NCBI GenBank assembly: GCA_050084985.1 | Contig: JBITNC010000001.1 | Location: forward strand, 191,766,001 to 191,830,000 | Length of the DNA: 64,000 bases | Direction of reading: 5' to 3' | DNA from: Nageia nagi | Lineage: Eukaryota; Plantae; Pinophyta | In this document: positions 50,876 to 63,200 of the stretch, one piece after another | Layout of the letters: each line of letters opens with the position of its first letter | Numbering within the stretch: position 1 is the first letter of the stretch | Notes under the pieces: model-generated | Told to the model about the DNA's origin: nothing | What the model saw: the letters and a program-made list of their open reading frames with translations, nothing else | Databases searched by the model: none | Translations under genes and position numbers: made by a program

Positions 50876-52197
50876 GAAAGAAAGAAAGAAAGTATATTAA
50901 TGTTCTTGAGTGATCAAAATCGATTAATAGGACTAAAAAGTACAATCATGCTTGTAAAGCCAGTAAAGCCCCTATTGGGCAACATCTAAAGAAAAGAAAG
51001 CATAAAGCATAAAAGGGTTGTATAAAAGCACCCATACAAAAGGTCCAAATCCTAAAGTAAGGGAGGAGCAAAAATCAAGCTCTCCCTCTTCGGAGGGGAG
51101 TCGAAGTCAAGTTTTATTTCGAGGAAGGATCCCGTTGGTCTCTAGGGGATGTGTTTGTGGTATTGTTGTTGGGAGAAAAGAAGGATGTGATATGAGGATT
51201 CCTCAATGTAGGCTGGGGGCCTTAGATGCATCTCCTAGTTTGACAAAGAGGGAATGATTGCTCATCTCGATGTCTCCTACAAACTCTCTCAAGGGAAGAG
51301 GCTCAAAAGAAGGATGTAATACGTTGGTCATCTGTTGGCTGTTGGTTCTCGGCTACTAGATGCTTTCGAAGAAGGAAAGTCTCTCGAAAGTAAAGGGCCA
51401 AGCATTGCTGCTCAAGGTAAATGAGGAATGAAGCGAATGAACTGTGCGAATCTCAGAAGAGACAATCGTATCGACCCTAATCTCATTGTAATCCAAGTTC
51501 CAAAAGACAAAATGGTCTTCGAAATCGATCTCAAAAGAGCAAAGGTGACAAACTCGCAAATCCTCGGCTATGTGGTGATTGGTCTCGATCCTTAGTTGAT
51601 GAGAGCCTACTCGAAATTGTCCAAGGGGCATCCTCAATCCAAAAGGGAGATGTAAGTTGATGTAACCAAGTGGGGAGATCAACCCTCTCTCAATTTGAAG
51701 ATAGTGTTGTGCATAGTGATCTATCTTGGGCATCAATGGTTGGAGCGGAGAAACCCAAGTGGTTTGGATGAAGGCCCTATAGATAATCTCATGGATTGCT
51801 GAAGTAGAGTCAGAATTAGAATCTGTTGATGTTGGATCCTTTGAAGGCAAAGGAAATCTATCTAAAGAAAATCCAAATCTTTGAAGCATCTTAGTAATCT
51901 CAATAAACTAACATCGATGACAACCTTGAGCGGCTAGGTCAATCGAGGAAGCTAAAACTCTTGTAGCGAGAGTCTAGTCATATCACCCTCACGATTGGCT
52001 AGAAGCTAGAGTTGGTGGAGGAAGAGGACAATGTAAGCAATGGTCCACACCTGGAGAGGGTGGCAACTAAACTCTGCAAGTATGATAAGGGCGGGGGTGT
52101 CCTTTTAATCTGAATGGCCCATGACAGAAAGGAGACCAAGATCCTTTCTATCGTTGTCCACTCTGATGAACCTAGGCAGGACCCCCGTACCTCCACT
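50876..52197 (-). mobile_element. 5'-truncated non-LTR retrotransposon (RTEX/L2-like C-terminus) with a (CTTT)n tail
   Basis: VEVRG (YG.EVWG-like), QFRVGSHQLRIET..RVCHLC..EDHFVF; (GAAA)4 at 50877-50892; splits copia RT. Confidence 0.8.
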
Positions 52198-52620
52198 TTG
52201 TAGAGAGACTTCTTTTATTTGCACACACAGGATTCTTTTCTTTTGATAGTTAAGCCCTTTGGTTGAGAGTCTAAGACATGTAAAATTCAACATCAAGGTC
52301 ACCATTGAGAAAACTACTTTTAACATCAAGTTACATAATGTTCCAATTGTGTGTAGCAGCCAGTGAGATTACTAATCTGATGATAGTCGTTTTTGCAATA
52401 GAGGCAAAAGTTTCAGTGTAGTTCAAATCTTTTTTTCATGCATACCCTTTAGGTACTAACCTTGCCTTATACTTCTCAATCTCACCACTTGAGTTGTATT
52501 TAATCATGTATACCCATTTATTGCCAACAATATTTTTGTTCATTGGAGGGCATTAATTCCCAAATTTCATTTTTGAGAAGGGTATCAATCTCTACTTTCA
52601 TAGCATCTACCAAGCGAAAA

Positions 52621-53900
52621 TGTAACATCCCCTTTTTGTAAAAAATAATTAATTTTGAAATCCTAAGGATTCCCTTTTTGTAAATATTTATTTACTCATG
52701 CATTTGTTGTTAGTTACTTGGGATAGAATTATAACGGTTCGTTGGACCCACTTTGTGAGCCCCATGAGGGACGTTTTCCTCCCAAGCTAGGATGTGTTAT
52801 TTATTTATCATTAAATGCACTTGAAGTTCCTAAAGATGATTGTGGGAATCCCAAGGCTTATATAGCACCTAGATGACACTTGTACACGGATAAACACCAA
52901 TTTGCCCCAACGTTGGATTTGGGAGCACTTGTACACACACGCCAGCCTTGGTGAGACTCCTAGACCCCCACGTTGGCTCATGATGACCCCATTGCATCGA
53001 CGCATGACTCATAGATCCGCATGGCACCTTGGACACCCACGTTGGCATTAATGACCCCTAGTTATCCATGTTGGGCATGCTTGACCCCTAGGCACCCACA
53101 TTGGTGATCTTGGGCTTCTAAGAGGCCAACATTGAGATTGGAGAGGTTGGGGATGACTCCTATGTGAAATCCAAATCCAATGATGAGCTATATAAGGCTA
53201 AGGAGCCTCAATCCAGAGATAGACTTGATTTGATACAAAGACACTTCTCTTCAGAGTTCAAAGACTTGGTGGTGTCAAGCACCCTTGAGCGCAGCGCACA
53301 AAGAGAGTTTAGGAGGCATAGAACACCTTTGGTCTTACGGTTGAGGTGTCTGTTCATGTGAGTGAGGCTGCCCTATCTTGAGGCATCCACAAGCAATTTG
53401 CATCTTTGAATCCATCCGGTGAGGCATCCACAAAACTGGTAGGAGGTGGTTGTTCTACTTGAGTTTCAGAATCTATCTCAGCTCATTGTATGCCCTAGTT
53501 GGCTCCTTGGAGGCCAACGTTTAGCCCTTTGGCCCAGATTGGTATTGTACTCATTCATTCATCATTAATACTACTGTGGCATACTTGGATCAAAATTTTT
53601 GTCTTCATAGTTGATGTGTATGCTTCCATAATTGCAATGTTGAGCTATTTCTGTGTATACATGCTTGTATGGTGCAACGTAGGCATTCTTGAATGTATTT
53701 TGCATAGTGTATGAATCCCAAAGTGTGACATTGGGGAATGAGGGTTGAAACTAGCTAGAGGGGTGCATCGTTTGGCTTCCTGGCTTGTTATTTTTCATGT
53801 TTGATGCCCTAGTGTAGTTCGTGGCATGCCTAGGAGCATTGTATGATTTTGTTGTGGCACTTGGCTAATTTGTGCGTGAGGATATTTTGGGGATATTACA
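52621..53900 (+). repeat. Solo LTR, 1280 bp
   Basis: TGTAACATCCCC...GGGGATATTACA; perfect TSD GAAAA on both sides. Confidence 0.95.
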
Positions 53901-55034
53901 GAAAATCTCATCAGCTGTTGGTGCCTTGTTGTATTGGGACTAGTTAGAGGTTAAGCGAAAAACTGTCTGTTGTCACACAATCTTTAGATTCCCATACTTT
54001 AGATATTCCTATTAGTGGGTAAGGCTGGGATAAGGAGGACTTATAGTCACTAGGGACAAACTTCATGTGAGTCATTACATGTTTATGGATTACAATATAA
54101 TTTTATATGCTTCACTTTTGGCATTGTATCCAGAATCACAAACTCTTATCTCTTCATGTGTTCCGTATATAGAAGTATCATTATTCATGTGTATGCTTGA
54201 AGTATATATCTTAATTTCAGTTTTCATATGGTTCACCCCTAGAATTGTTTACGTTTGTATCATAATGAGAAGATTTATCCTTTTTTACGTGAATTCAACT
54301 GACTGTGAGCTTGCTGGAAGCATGCAATAAGATGGCAATCTTGGTCATCGAGTCTGCCAATGTCACAGCTCAAGATCAGTAAAGCAAGAAGGGTCGGTGC
54401 TGGAGATACATTAAGAAAGAACTAGATGCTGCTGGAGACAGATTAAGAAAGAACAAGAAACTTTCGTTATGCTTCTGAATGAAGTTTGTTCGTGCAAAAA
54501 GCTCAATTCCATAAAAAAGATAAACTTTTACTTCCATATACTAGGTGGAGCAAATTTGTAAGCAGTGTTAAGACAAGATTACAACTAGGAATACAAAGAG
54601 GAACCGCTTAGCCCGATGCTTATCCTTATACTAGCTTGATTATGGAGGAAGAAGCGCTTAAAAGGTGTCTATCTATCTAATAATCAATTTCTGAGGTGGA
54701 TAGAGGAGTATCTACCCAGTATAGTAATATATCCACCTTTGAAATTGGTATTTGACTAATGTATCAATCTAAAAGATGTAGTGGCCCACCTGTACAGGTC
54801 AACACAGAATAATATATCTATTTCATCTCATTTGGAAGAAAGGCTAGGATGTTTTCCAAGGCATACCACACACTCAGTAGTCTAAAATGTGTTCTCTTTC
54901 GTTGTTAACCTATTTTTCCAAATTTTTGGGCTGCATGATTGCTTACAAAATCCGTGGTTCCATTTTTCTTCCTGTTTGTGGCTTCTATCATCATTAAAGC
55001 TTTTTAATTATCTTGGTTGTGTGTGTTAATGCAG

Positions 55035-55109
55035 ATGGGCTAAAGGTATTCAAAGTTGATTTGGTTCACAATTTGGTGGATATTGCGAAAACTCATGGTC
55101 AATCAACTG
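55035..55109 (+). CDS. Homoserine dehydrogenase-like protein, exon 3 (gene continues beyond the window)
   Basis: GCAG|AT..ACTG|GTAAGA; phase 1 joins exon 2 to give DGLKVFKVDLVHNLVDIAKTHGQSTG, like the family motif IAK.LGKSTG. Confidence 0.88.
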
Positions 55110-56059
55110 GTAAGATATTGAGATTGTATGGCTGTTGAATATGCTTTTGCTGTCTCTCTGATATTATAATACAAGGCAAAACAATACCTTTGGATGCTTT
55201 TATTGAAATAGGAATTGCCTCTGGATTGATATATTGGGATGTTTCTTTGTTGAGTGTGGTAAAATACAGCATTAATGAGTTTTTGGTGGCTTCCAAAGAA
55301 TATATGATTTAACTTACAGAGTGTAAAATCCGAACCTTTTATAGATGCCATCTGTTGCATCAGTTCAGTTCTTTTGGAAAAGACATTGTGCCAATAATTT
55401 TAATGTTAGCTAATATAAGTATCAAAATAGCCTTATCTGCCTCTGGAGAAATGTTATTTAATTATCGTCTTACAAATTTGCATGCTATTAAATAGAGAAG
55501 ATTCATAATTAGCTTTAATCTGTGGATCTAGGGTGTATGTATATTGAATGTTCGGCAACTCAGTTGTGTAGATACTAGTTGGAGTTATTTGCCGTCCTTG
55601 ATATTTAAATGCTATTGATCACTTGCAAGAATATAGTTTCTTAAGAAATTCTATTTTAAACATCTCTTTACTTGTGGCAGTTTTTCAATTGTAGTTACTG
55701 TTGACTTCTCTAATGAAAAGATATTGCTAGTAGATAAAAGGTGTAATTATATCTCACAAAGAATAAGTTCAGCAATAATAAAAAATATATGAAACTTCCA
55801 ATGATTATAGTAAAGCCACTTTGAGAGGGCAGTTCTCCTTTGCCACTTCAAGAGGGCTGATCTTCAAATATTTTCCAATAAGAGATGAAAATATGAATAT
55901 ACAATATGTGATATTTAATGATGGATAAGAATGGATTCTTTCCTTTATAAATACTACCTTCTAATGAATGTTCTTTCCTTTATAAATGCTACCTTCCAAT
56001 GAAAGGACACCTTTATGAAAAGTTATACCTCTGAGATAAATGACCGACTATAATTAAAG

Positions 56060-57025
56060 AACTTTTTGCTTAAAGCAGGAAAATGTTGGAGAATATCTTC
56101 CAATTCCCAAGTAGCATCTTCCACTTGGTAAATCCTTCCATTTGATAAGGAATTCCTTAATGTTCAGCTTTCATAAGTTACATCCTGAAATTGTAGTACC
56201 TCCTGAGGTTCTAATACCAATTCATAAAACTCTTATTTGTGACTTGATGTTCTTTCCCAACACTTATTTAAGATAAGAAACATGAAATATTGGGTGGAAG
56301 CTCCAATTGATAGGTTACATCACCTATCTTATGAAGGACTTTGTATAGAATCTTAGAGCTAATTTCTGATTAGTTTTTATTAGTTTTTATTTTTGATGAT
56401 GATTATTCACATGGTTGAAATCTTGGAAATACATGAACACCTTCTTCAAAACTTTTTTCTGATCTATGGTGATCTGCTGCTTGTTTCATTCGGTTTAGGG
56501 CTTGATGAAGAATTTTTTTGAGTGTGTTGAAAACATCTTGTTTTTGCTGAAGGATAGTATCTACATCTTTTACTAGTGCAAAACTTGGAAGGTTGTCTAC
56601 CAAAGATAGAGGTTTTTGACCATTGAGTGCTTCAAAAGGAGACATCTTATTAGAACAATGGTATGTGGTATTACACCAATATTCAGCTAGAGGTAACTAC
56701 TTCAACTATGGGTATTGTTTGTTAGATACAAAACAACATAGATAAGTAACCAAACATTTATTTACCACTCCAGTTTTCCCATTTGTTTTTGGATGACAAG
56801 TTGAGCTCATGTTAAGTTGTACCACAAAGAGAAAAGAGTTCATTCTAAAAATTGCTCATGAATATTGGATCATGATCACTCACAATCGTCTTAAGCATTC
56901 TATGGAGCTTAAAGATTTGATCCATAAAAAGTTTGACCACTTTACTTGTTGTATATGGATGTTGTAGTGCACACAAATGGCCATAGTTAGAGAGTCTATT
57001 AATTCTACAAAAATTGTCATTTTAC
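56060..57025 (-). pseudogene. Chromovirus integrase + chromodomain remnant
   Basis: HPKTNGKT, LPLAEYWCNTTYH, MSPFEALNG, HPIFHVS, EFLIKWKDLP. Confidence 0.88.
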
Positions 57026-57643
57026 CTTTGCATTTGTCATTTCAGCAAGTCTATCAATTCTACAGGCTTACAAATCCTTTTTTCTTCAAGTTTATAATTC
57101 TATATGTATAACAAGAAGAATTTCCATCATCAAATCTTCATATAAACATCCTTCAGAATTCAAACCATGTAGGATCTATATCTAGATAATTCATATAATA
57201 AACAATTCCTTGCTATCCCATCTAACTATACTGCTATTACATAAACTTTGCATTACTTAGGTATGTTATGTAATCGAAAAAGTACTTCCATTTTATTGAT
57301 CCAATCTGGTGGGATATAATAGTCAAATCCACATATATTTAGCTTTGGAGGGTTTCATTTCTTGGGACATGTATGTAAATCTAATTCGCTAGTAATATCC
57401 ACATTTATATCTAAATCATAATTAGTGTCTTCATCTATTATTTGGTACCTCTATAGACACTTAAAATTTGCATTTTGTTTTTATAAAATGCATTTATGTT
57501 ACATGTCAAATTTGGTCTCACTTGGGGCCATTTATGAAAATCAAGTGATATCCTTTGATTTCACATTATATCATGTACATATCAGCCTAGGTGCTCTCAA
57601 TTAGGTGAATGTGAACGTAGACTTCTCCAAGTCTATATCAAGC

Positions 57644-60293
57644 TGTGATGAGCCGAACTAGGGCTCATGCGGAGTTGCACAATTCTTGTTCATAAAATTA
57701 TCCAGAAACTCAAAATTTATGCAACGTCTCACTCCAAACACAAATTAATGATCAATTATGCAAACTACACCCTTCAAGAGCCAATGTTCCATTCAAAAGG
57801 GTAGAGACGCAATAAACAACACAAATCTTATGCTAGCATGCCAACATCTCATTCAATAGGGCACAAACACAAAATAACAACAATGCTCAAGGAATGAGAT
57901 CTCAAATGCTATTCTTTGATAACAATGGAGATACAATTATAGGCCTTGAATAGCGGTGCTCTCTAGCAAATGATGACTTGATTGCAAATCTTCAAGAGTG
58001 TTGTAGCAATGGTATTTTTTGTACCTAAGGAGCTTACACCAAGGTTGCCTCCAATAGGGTTATTGCAGATGGCTCCAAGGCCTCACTAATTGCAGCAATG
58101 ACAAGGCTGAGCCCAGGGATTCCTTACCTCTCTAATGATGGAACAATCGAAGTTCCTCTCCTAAACGGCTGGAGTAAACAAGAGGTTAGCCTTCAGTCAC
58201 CTCAAGACCTCAAATACAGATTGACATCCACAAGTGGTAGAGATAGAGTTCTCACATTTAATCTGATTAAAGGAGTGTTTAATCATCAATTTAGCATATT
58301 CTCTCTCTTCCGGAAGTCCTCCTTATATAGGAGAGGTGGCTCATCTTCTAATCTGGTGTTAAAATGATCCAACGGTATACAAGTGTGATTCGTGTGCTCA
58401 TGTTGCCAACGTCCAAGATGGAGAGCCTTGGGATGAGTGAAATCACATCCAAGGGTCTAGAATGCTAGCACTGGGATGATGGAGCCTTTAATGCATCTCA
58501 GTGTCAGTGCCACATACTAGAATGTGTCCAAGAGGGTGACGTGGGGCCTAGGGATGCCAAAATCTCCAACATGGGGGTCAAATCCTTTCTTAATGCTCAA
58601 TGTTTAAGTTTGGAAGTCTCCAACGCCTTGGGATTCCAAATATCTCTCTCTTGGTCCTACCTACAAGCCTAGGAGTTCGTGAAATGCCTCAAAGTCGGTG
58701 TAATCACCTAGATGGATGCTCTACCTTGAAGATGGCAGCATTAATGACAAGAGGACCATCTAATGGCAATATTACAATCATAAAGGCTTAATATGCAACA
58801 CCTCATTATTGGAGACTAATATTGCATTTACAATCATAATGGCTTTGATATCATCAATACATCATTATTGGCATAATTGGACACTAAACTATACATAATA
58901 TGCTAAATAAGGGCCTAGCATTCCATAATTGGAGTACTAAACTACTCTCCAAGTGGAACTTACAACTAATTGTCCAAATAACTACTAAAATAAGCAAAAG
59001 CACTCCTAATCTAATGTTCCCATTTATCAGTGGTTAAATGGGGAAAACACCATAAAAATGGGGACATTAAATTCCGCCCCTCCCAAATTTCTTATCCCCA
59101 AGCAATTCGGAATGTCTCCAATGGAAGAGGAGTCTCCACGATCCTCTTCTTCCCCTTCCTCGTAGTTGGATGTATGTTTCGACTGAGAATCACTAAACTC
59201 AAGCTTGCTTAACTCTATCTTCTGTTTCTTTAAGTCTTCAAACATTCTTGTTAAAGCTTTTTTGGATGTTTTTTCAATATCTCTTCATTGAGCGAAAATG
59301 TTTGAATGTTCCCATGTGGCTTCTTCTAAAGGTAACCTTTTCCATTTAACGTGTTCTTCGTCGATGATTCGGTTCCTTAGTTGCTTCTTTCATGCATCTA
59401 GGACTTTCTCAAGAACCCATACCAAGTTACCTTTGTTGTCAATAGGGGGTAGTTCAGTTAGTGGTTGGATTTCCAGTTCGAGAGAGCTTTTCAAACAGGA
59501 CATGTGAAATATGAGATGTAATCTGGTGTTGGGAGGTAGTCGAAGCTCATAGTGATCATCTTCTGTATCCTTCATAATTTCATATGGCCCATAATGAAGC
59601 ACCTTATGCCTCTCCGCTCTTCTTCTATCGTTTGGGGACAACATGTATGGTTGCATACTAATGTATGCGAGCTCTCCTATTCTGAACTCCCTTCCCTTGA
59701 ATGATGGTGTTGAGCATCCCTGTGAGTCTTCTTGTTCTGTTTGCGTCTACTGGTTTGAAGACCTTGTTTGGGAAAAATCTACACGTGCATTCTCCTTATC
59801 TTGGTTGTTGGAATGTGTAGTTGTTGGTTGGCCTTGTCCCTTGCTAGAAGGTTTTGGGGGTTCTTCATGGCTTTGCATGAGATGAGTTGTTGGTGTTTCC
59901 TACAAGGGTTTAGAGAATGTCTTGTGTGCATTTTCAGTCGCTCCCTTATGCTCTTTGGTTGGCTTAGCTGGAACAACTTGCTCTTGGGTCCCCTTTGCTT
60001 CTTTTCCCATTTTGGTGACAACTTCTCCTAAGTACATTTGGTCCCTTGTCATGCATATATATATTTCCCTAGTGCTATGGAAAGCTTCCAAAATTGGTTG
60101 CAGGTTTGGGTAGGAGAGAGTCCCCTCAAAATGTTCTACCCTCTCAAGTATCTATTGGTATGTTTTTCTTTCCTCCCCCAAAACATGCACAAGACTTGGA
60201 GGAAACAACATTACTTGTTTCCGCCTGAAAGGATTGGTTACCCCAATCGCTCACATGGAATATGGTCTTGATAGCTCAGTAGTTAGAGATGCA
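57644..60293 (-). mobile_element. Deleted chromovirus: 3' LTR 57644-59071, PPT 59072-59084, chromodomain and upstream remnant
   Basis: LTR TGTGATG...GGGGACATTAAA; PPT GGGAGGGGCGGAA on minus; YGPYEI, YELRLP, IFHMSCLK, VKWKRLPLEEATWE. Confidence 0.82.
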
Positions 60294-63200
60294 TGTTGTT
60301 AATCGTATACAAGGGAAATACACACTGAAGATCCTTTCCTTAATGAGTAAAGACTGCAAATGTGAACGAAAGCGAAGAAAGATCACAAATGCAGGGACAA
60401 GCACAGGGATAAATGCAAGGGAATGCGGGGAAAGGAAAAGACCTATGAGGACATCACCAGGGATATAGTGTCTCGGTAGGTCATCTTCAGATTCATAGCA
60501 AATAGCAAATATGCTCAAATCACTACTAGACGAGAGTAGGAAGCTATAGGGTCTTTATGGAAGACTCAATGGAAAGGGTAAAAAATGGAGTGAGGGCGTA
60601 AGTGTAGTAACCTAACAGAATGATATAAAGACAAGCTACAGGCCTTAGAATATATCCACTTGCGTGAAAACTATGCAAGGAAGGATCAAACTCTTTCACA
60701 AAATAATCAATATGCAGTTCATAGAAAGAACCATTCATATATGCATAATCTCACAAATGATGTTCTTCACAGTATAACTTTATGATTTTATTCCTCTAAA
60801 CAAACACATTCATAATGATTTTCAATAATAGAACATGCATAGAACCCTTTATGTAGCAATCTTCTATGCAATGGAATGTGAATCTTATGACATGCAGAGG
60901 ATCAAAATGATTGTACAAATAAACTCAATAGCCTCCATCTCAAAATGCGAGAACTCCAATATATGATGCTTTCATTACATGCAAAAGTCCAATGCAAAAA
61001 TAGTACAAAGATCATATGCATAAACTCTTCATGTCAAAATTCCTCATGCAAAAATCCCGTATGTCAGAATCCCCTTTTAAATGGCCTGAGTGAGGTATAA
61101 ATGGGCCACTAGAAGTGATGTCCTAAAGACATCAAATCTGATATGGTGTGCACACATACAACACACCAACCGATACAAAATTAGATCATCACGCAAAACT
61201 ATGCAAGTGGCACTTAAAGTTGATAAAATATAAATGCCATCGATGAAATGCATTTACTCTATATCTAATCTATGCAATAAAAATCAGATATGCAATAAAT
61301 AGTCTGAAAAGGTTTGACATCTAAACCGACGGGAGCAAAACCTCATCCCTGCACCGGTCAGAGTCATAAATGAGTATGACAGATTTGATCTGGCAGGAGC
61401 AAAACCTCACCCCTACACCAGTCAAATCGAAGTAAAATAAAGTCTAACATAACCAACACAACCATATGCATTTAAACAAAGAAAAGATTCCGCAAATGAA
61501 ATCTACGGGTGAATCAAATCTAGGCCAGATCTGATTCGATATGGGCGGAGTTCCACTCCTCACTAGTGAGACCATAGGATTCGATAGTCTCCTCCAAGAA
61601 TGCCACAGTCTTCTACATGCCCTTGGAGATCATGCCAATAGTACTGCCATTCTGCTGGAAGTATCCTTCAATTTTCTTAGATGTAGCTTGCATCTGGTAT
61701 TTCTAGATGACCATCCGCCTCTCATAAATAATGGGATGCCTTGCTTTCAACAAGCTGAGATCATCAACTTCAAGATGCTCTTGGATTAAATTATGAGCCT
61801 TTGCCAATACCGCCTCCTTCTTCCTGACATTGTTATCTTCCCCCTTGGAACTTGAGTTGATAAAGATATTCACTCGTCTGTTCCTCGACCTCCTTTCTCA
61901 AGGGGACTCTGACTTTCAAGGCTACATTGAACTTCTCGAGTGCGTGGTTCAACCAATCATGGTGATAGGTGAACTCATGGCAATAGACCAACTTCTTAGG
62001 GTTGTCAGCGTGAATGCATTGTAGATGGGAAACGTTGGGAAGATAACTATCCAACGTGCTGATATATGCTGAAGTCTGTGCTTTGAGATCCCTAATTTCA
62101 ACACCTTCAGCTAGGAGCTTGTAAATCTGTGAAAACAATCTCTCAATAGCCTCCATCACCTTGTTCTTTAGCTGCTCCTTCATCAATTCCCATCCCTCAT
62201 GGAAGGAAGTCTACTTCTGTAAGTGTAAAGGAGTGTTACTAATATTTTGGAACTCTTTTATGATCTTCGTGCTAGCCGTGAGTTCCTTCTTCAACCTCTT
62301 CACTTCCTTTTTGGCTTTGTAGCCTTCCCGTTCTATGACTGCAACGTTTTGGGTGACAATATGTTTCTTGGCTATCAACCCCAGCTTAATTGGCATCTTG
62401 AATGTCTCAATGACGCGGAGGGGATGCTTCTCTTTCATGTACCAATGACTAATGGAGATCTCCTTTCAAGAGGTGGAGATAAAAGTGTCCACCCTTCGAA
62501 TCTTCTCCCCATTTGAAAGTTCTTCTTCCTCATCCTTAGAATGCAGGTCCTGATCTATATCTTCATCATGAGCCGTACTCATGCTTAGGGCTCTAAGGCA
62601 GGCATCCAGGTCAATATTTGGATGTTCGGTTGTTGGTTGAGGGGGAAACCTTTGAACCATCAATCTTCCTTTGTCAATTTTCTTGACCTCTTTCGCTAGA
62701 GTGGTTTGAACTATGGTCATTTCCTTGCCTTGATGTTCCTCTTGCCGTCTCTTCTCCTTCTGTTCCTCAGTCTCTCCTTCGTCTTCTTCATCTCCTCCAT
62801 TATCATCTATAGATAAGCCTTTGTTCCGGAGCTGGGGAGATCTCTCATGACTCCTCTTGGTAGAGGACTTATGCAAAGAAGGGGACTTCTTATGTTCAGC
62901 AAGAGAGGACTTAGATGCAGCCACCTCTGTAGCGCACTTCTCAATAATCTGGACGTCCTCATCATAGGTACTGACGTCCACTATCTCTTCTTCTGGGAAG
63001 CACCAACTGCTACATCCTTTTACTCAGGCATATTGGCAGCATTGCTAGCATCATCATCTTCTTCTTCCTCACTACGGATCTCTGATTCTTCCCTAGAATC
63101 TTCCACCGTACAGTCAGGATTTACATCAGCTTCATCTGAAGAAGAAGAGGAATGCTTAGAGCTTAAGCTAGAACTTGGTTGCAATAGGGGAACTTTCTCC

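Larger units (their letters stand above)
49248..53950 (-). mobile_element. Copia RT fragments interrupted by hAT, LINE and a solo LTR; includes a ~265-bp internal duplication (50552 versus 50817)
   Basis: ILRYVKGT, LLHYYL, LYVDDLLI, HGLKQAPQLWY, GNKWVY..KYKARLV on minus. Confidence 0.88.

Noticed and set aside
54300-54700. Possible intronic ncRNA
   Set aside because: Only short inverted and 32-bp direct repeats; no convincing hairpin or snoRNA boxes
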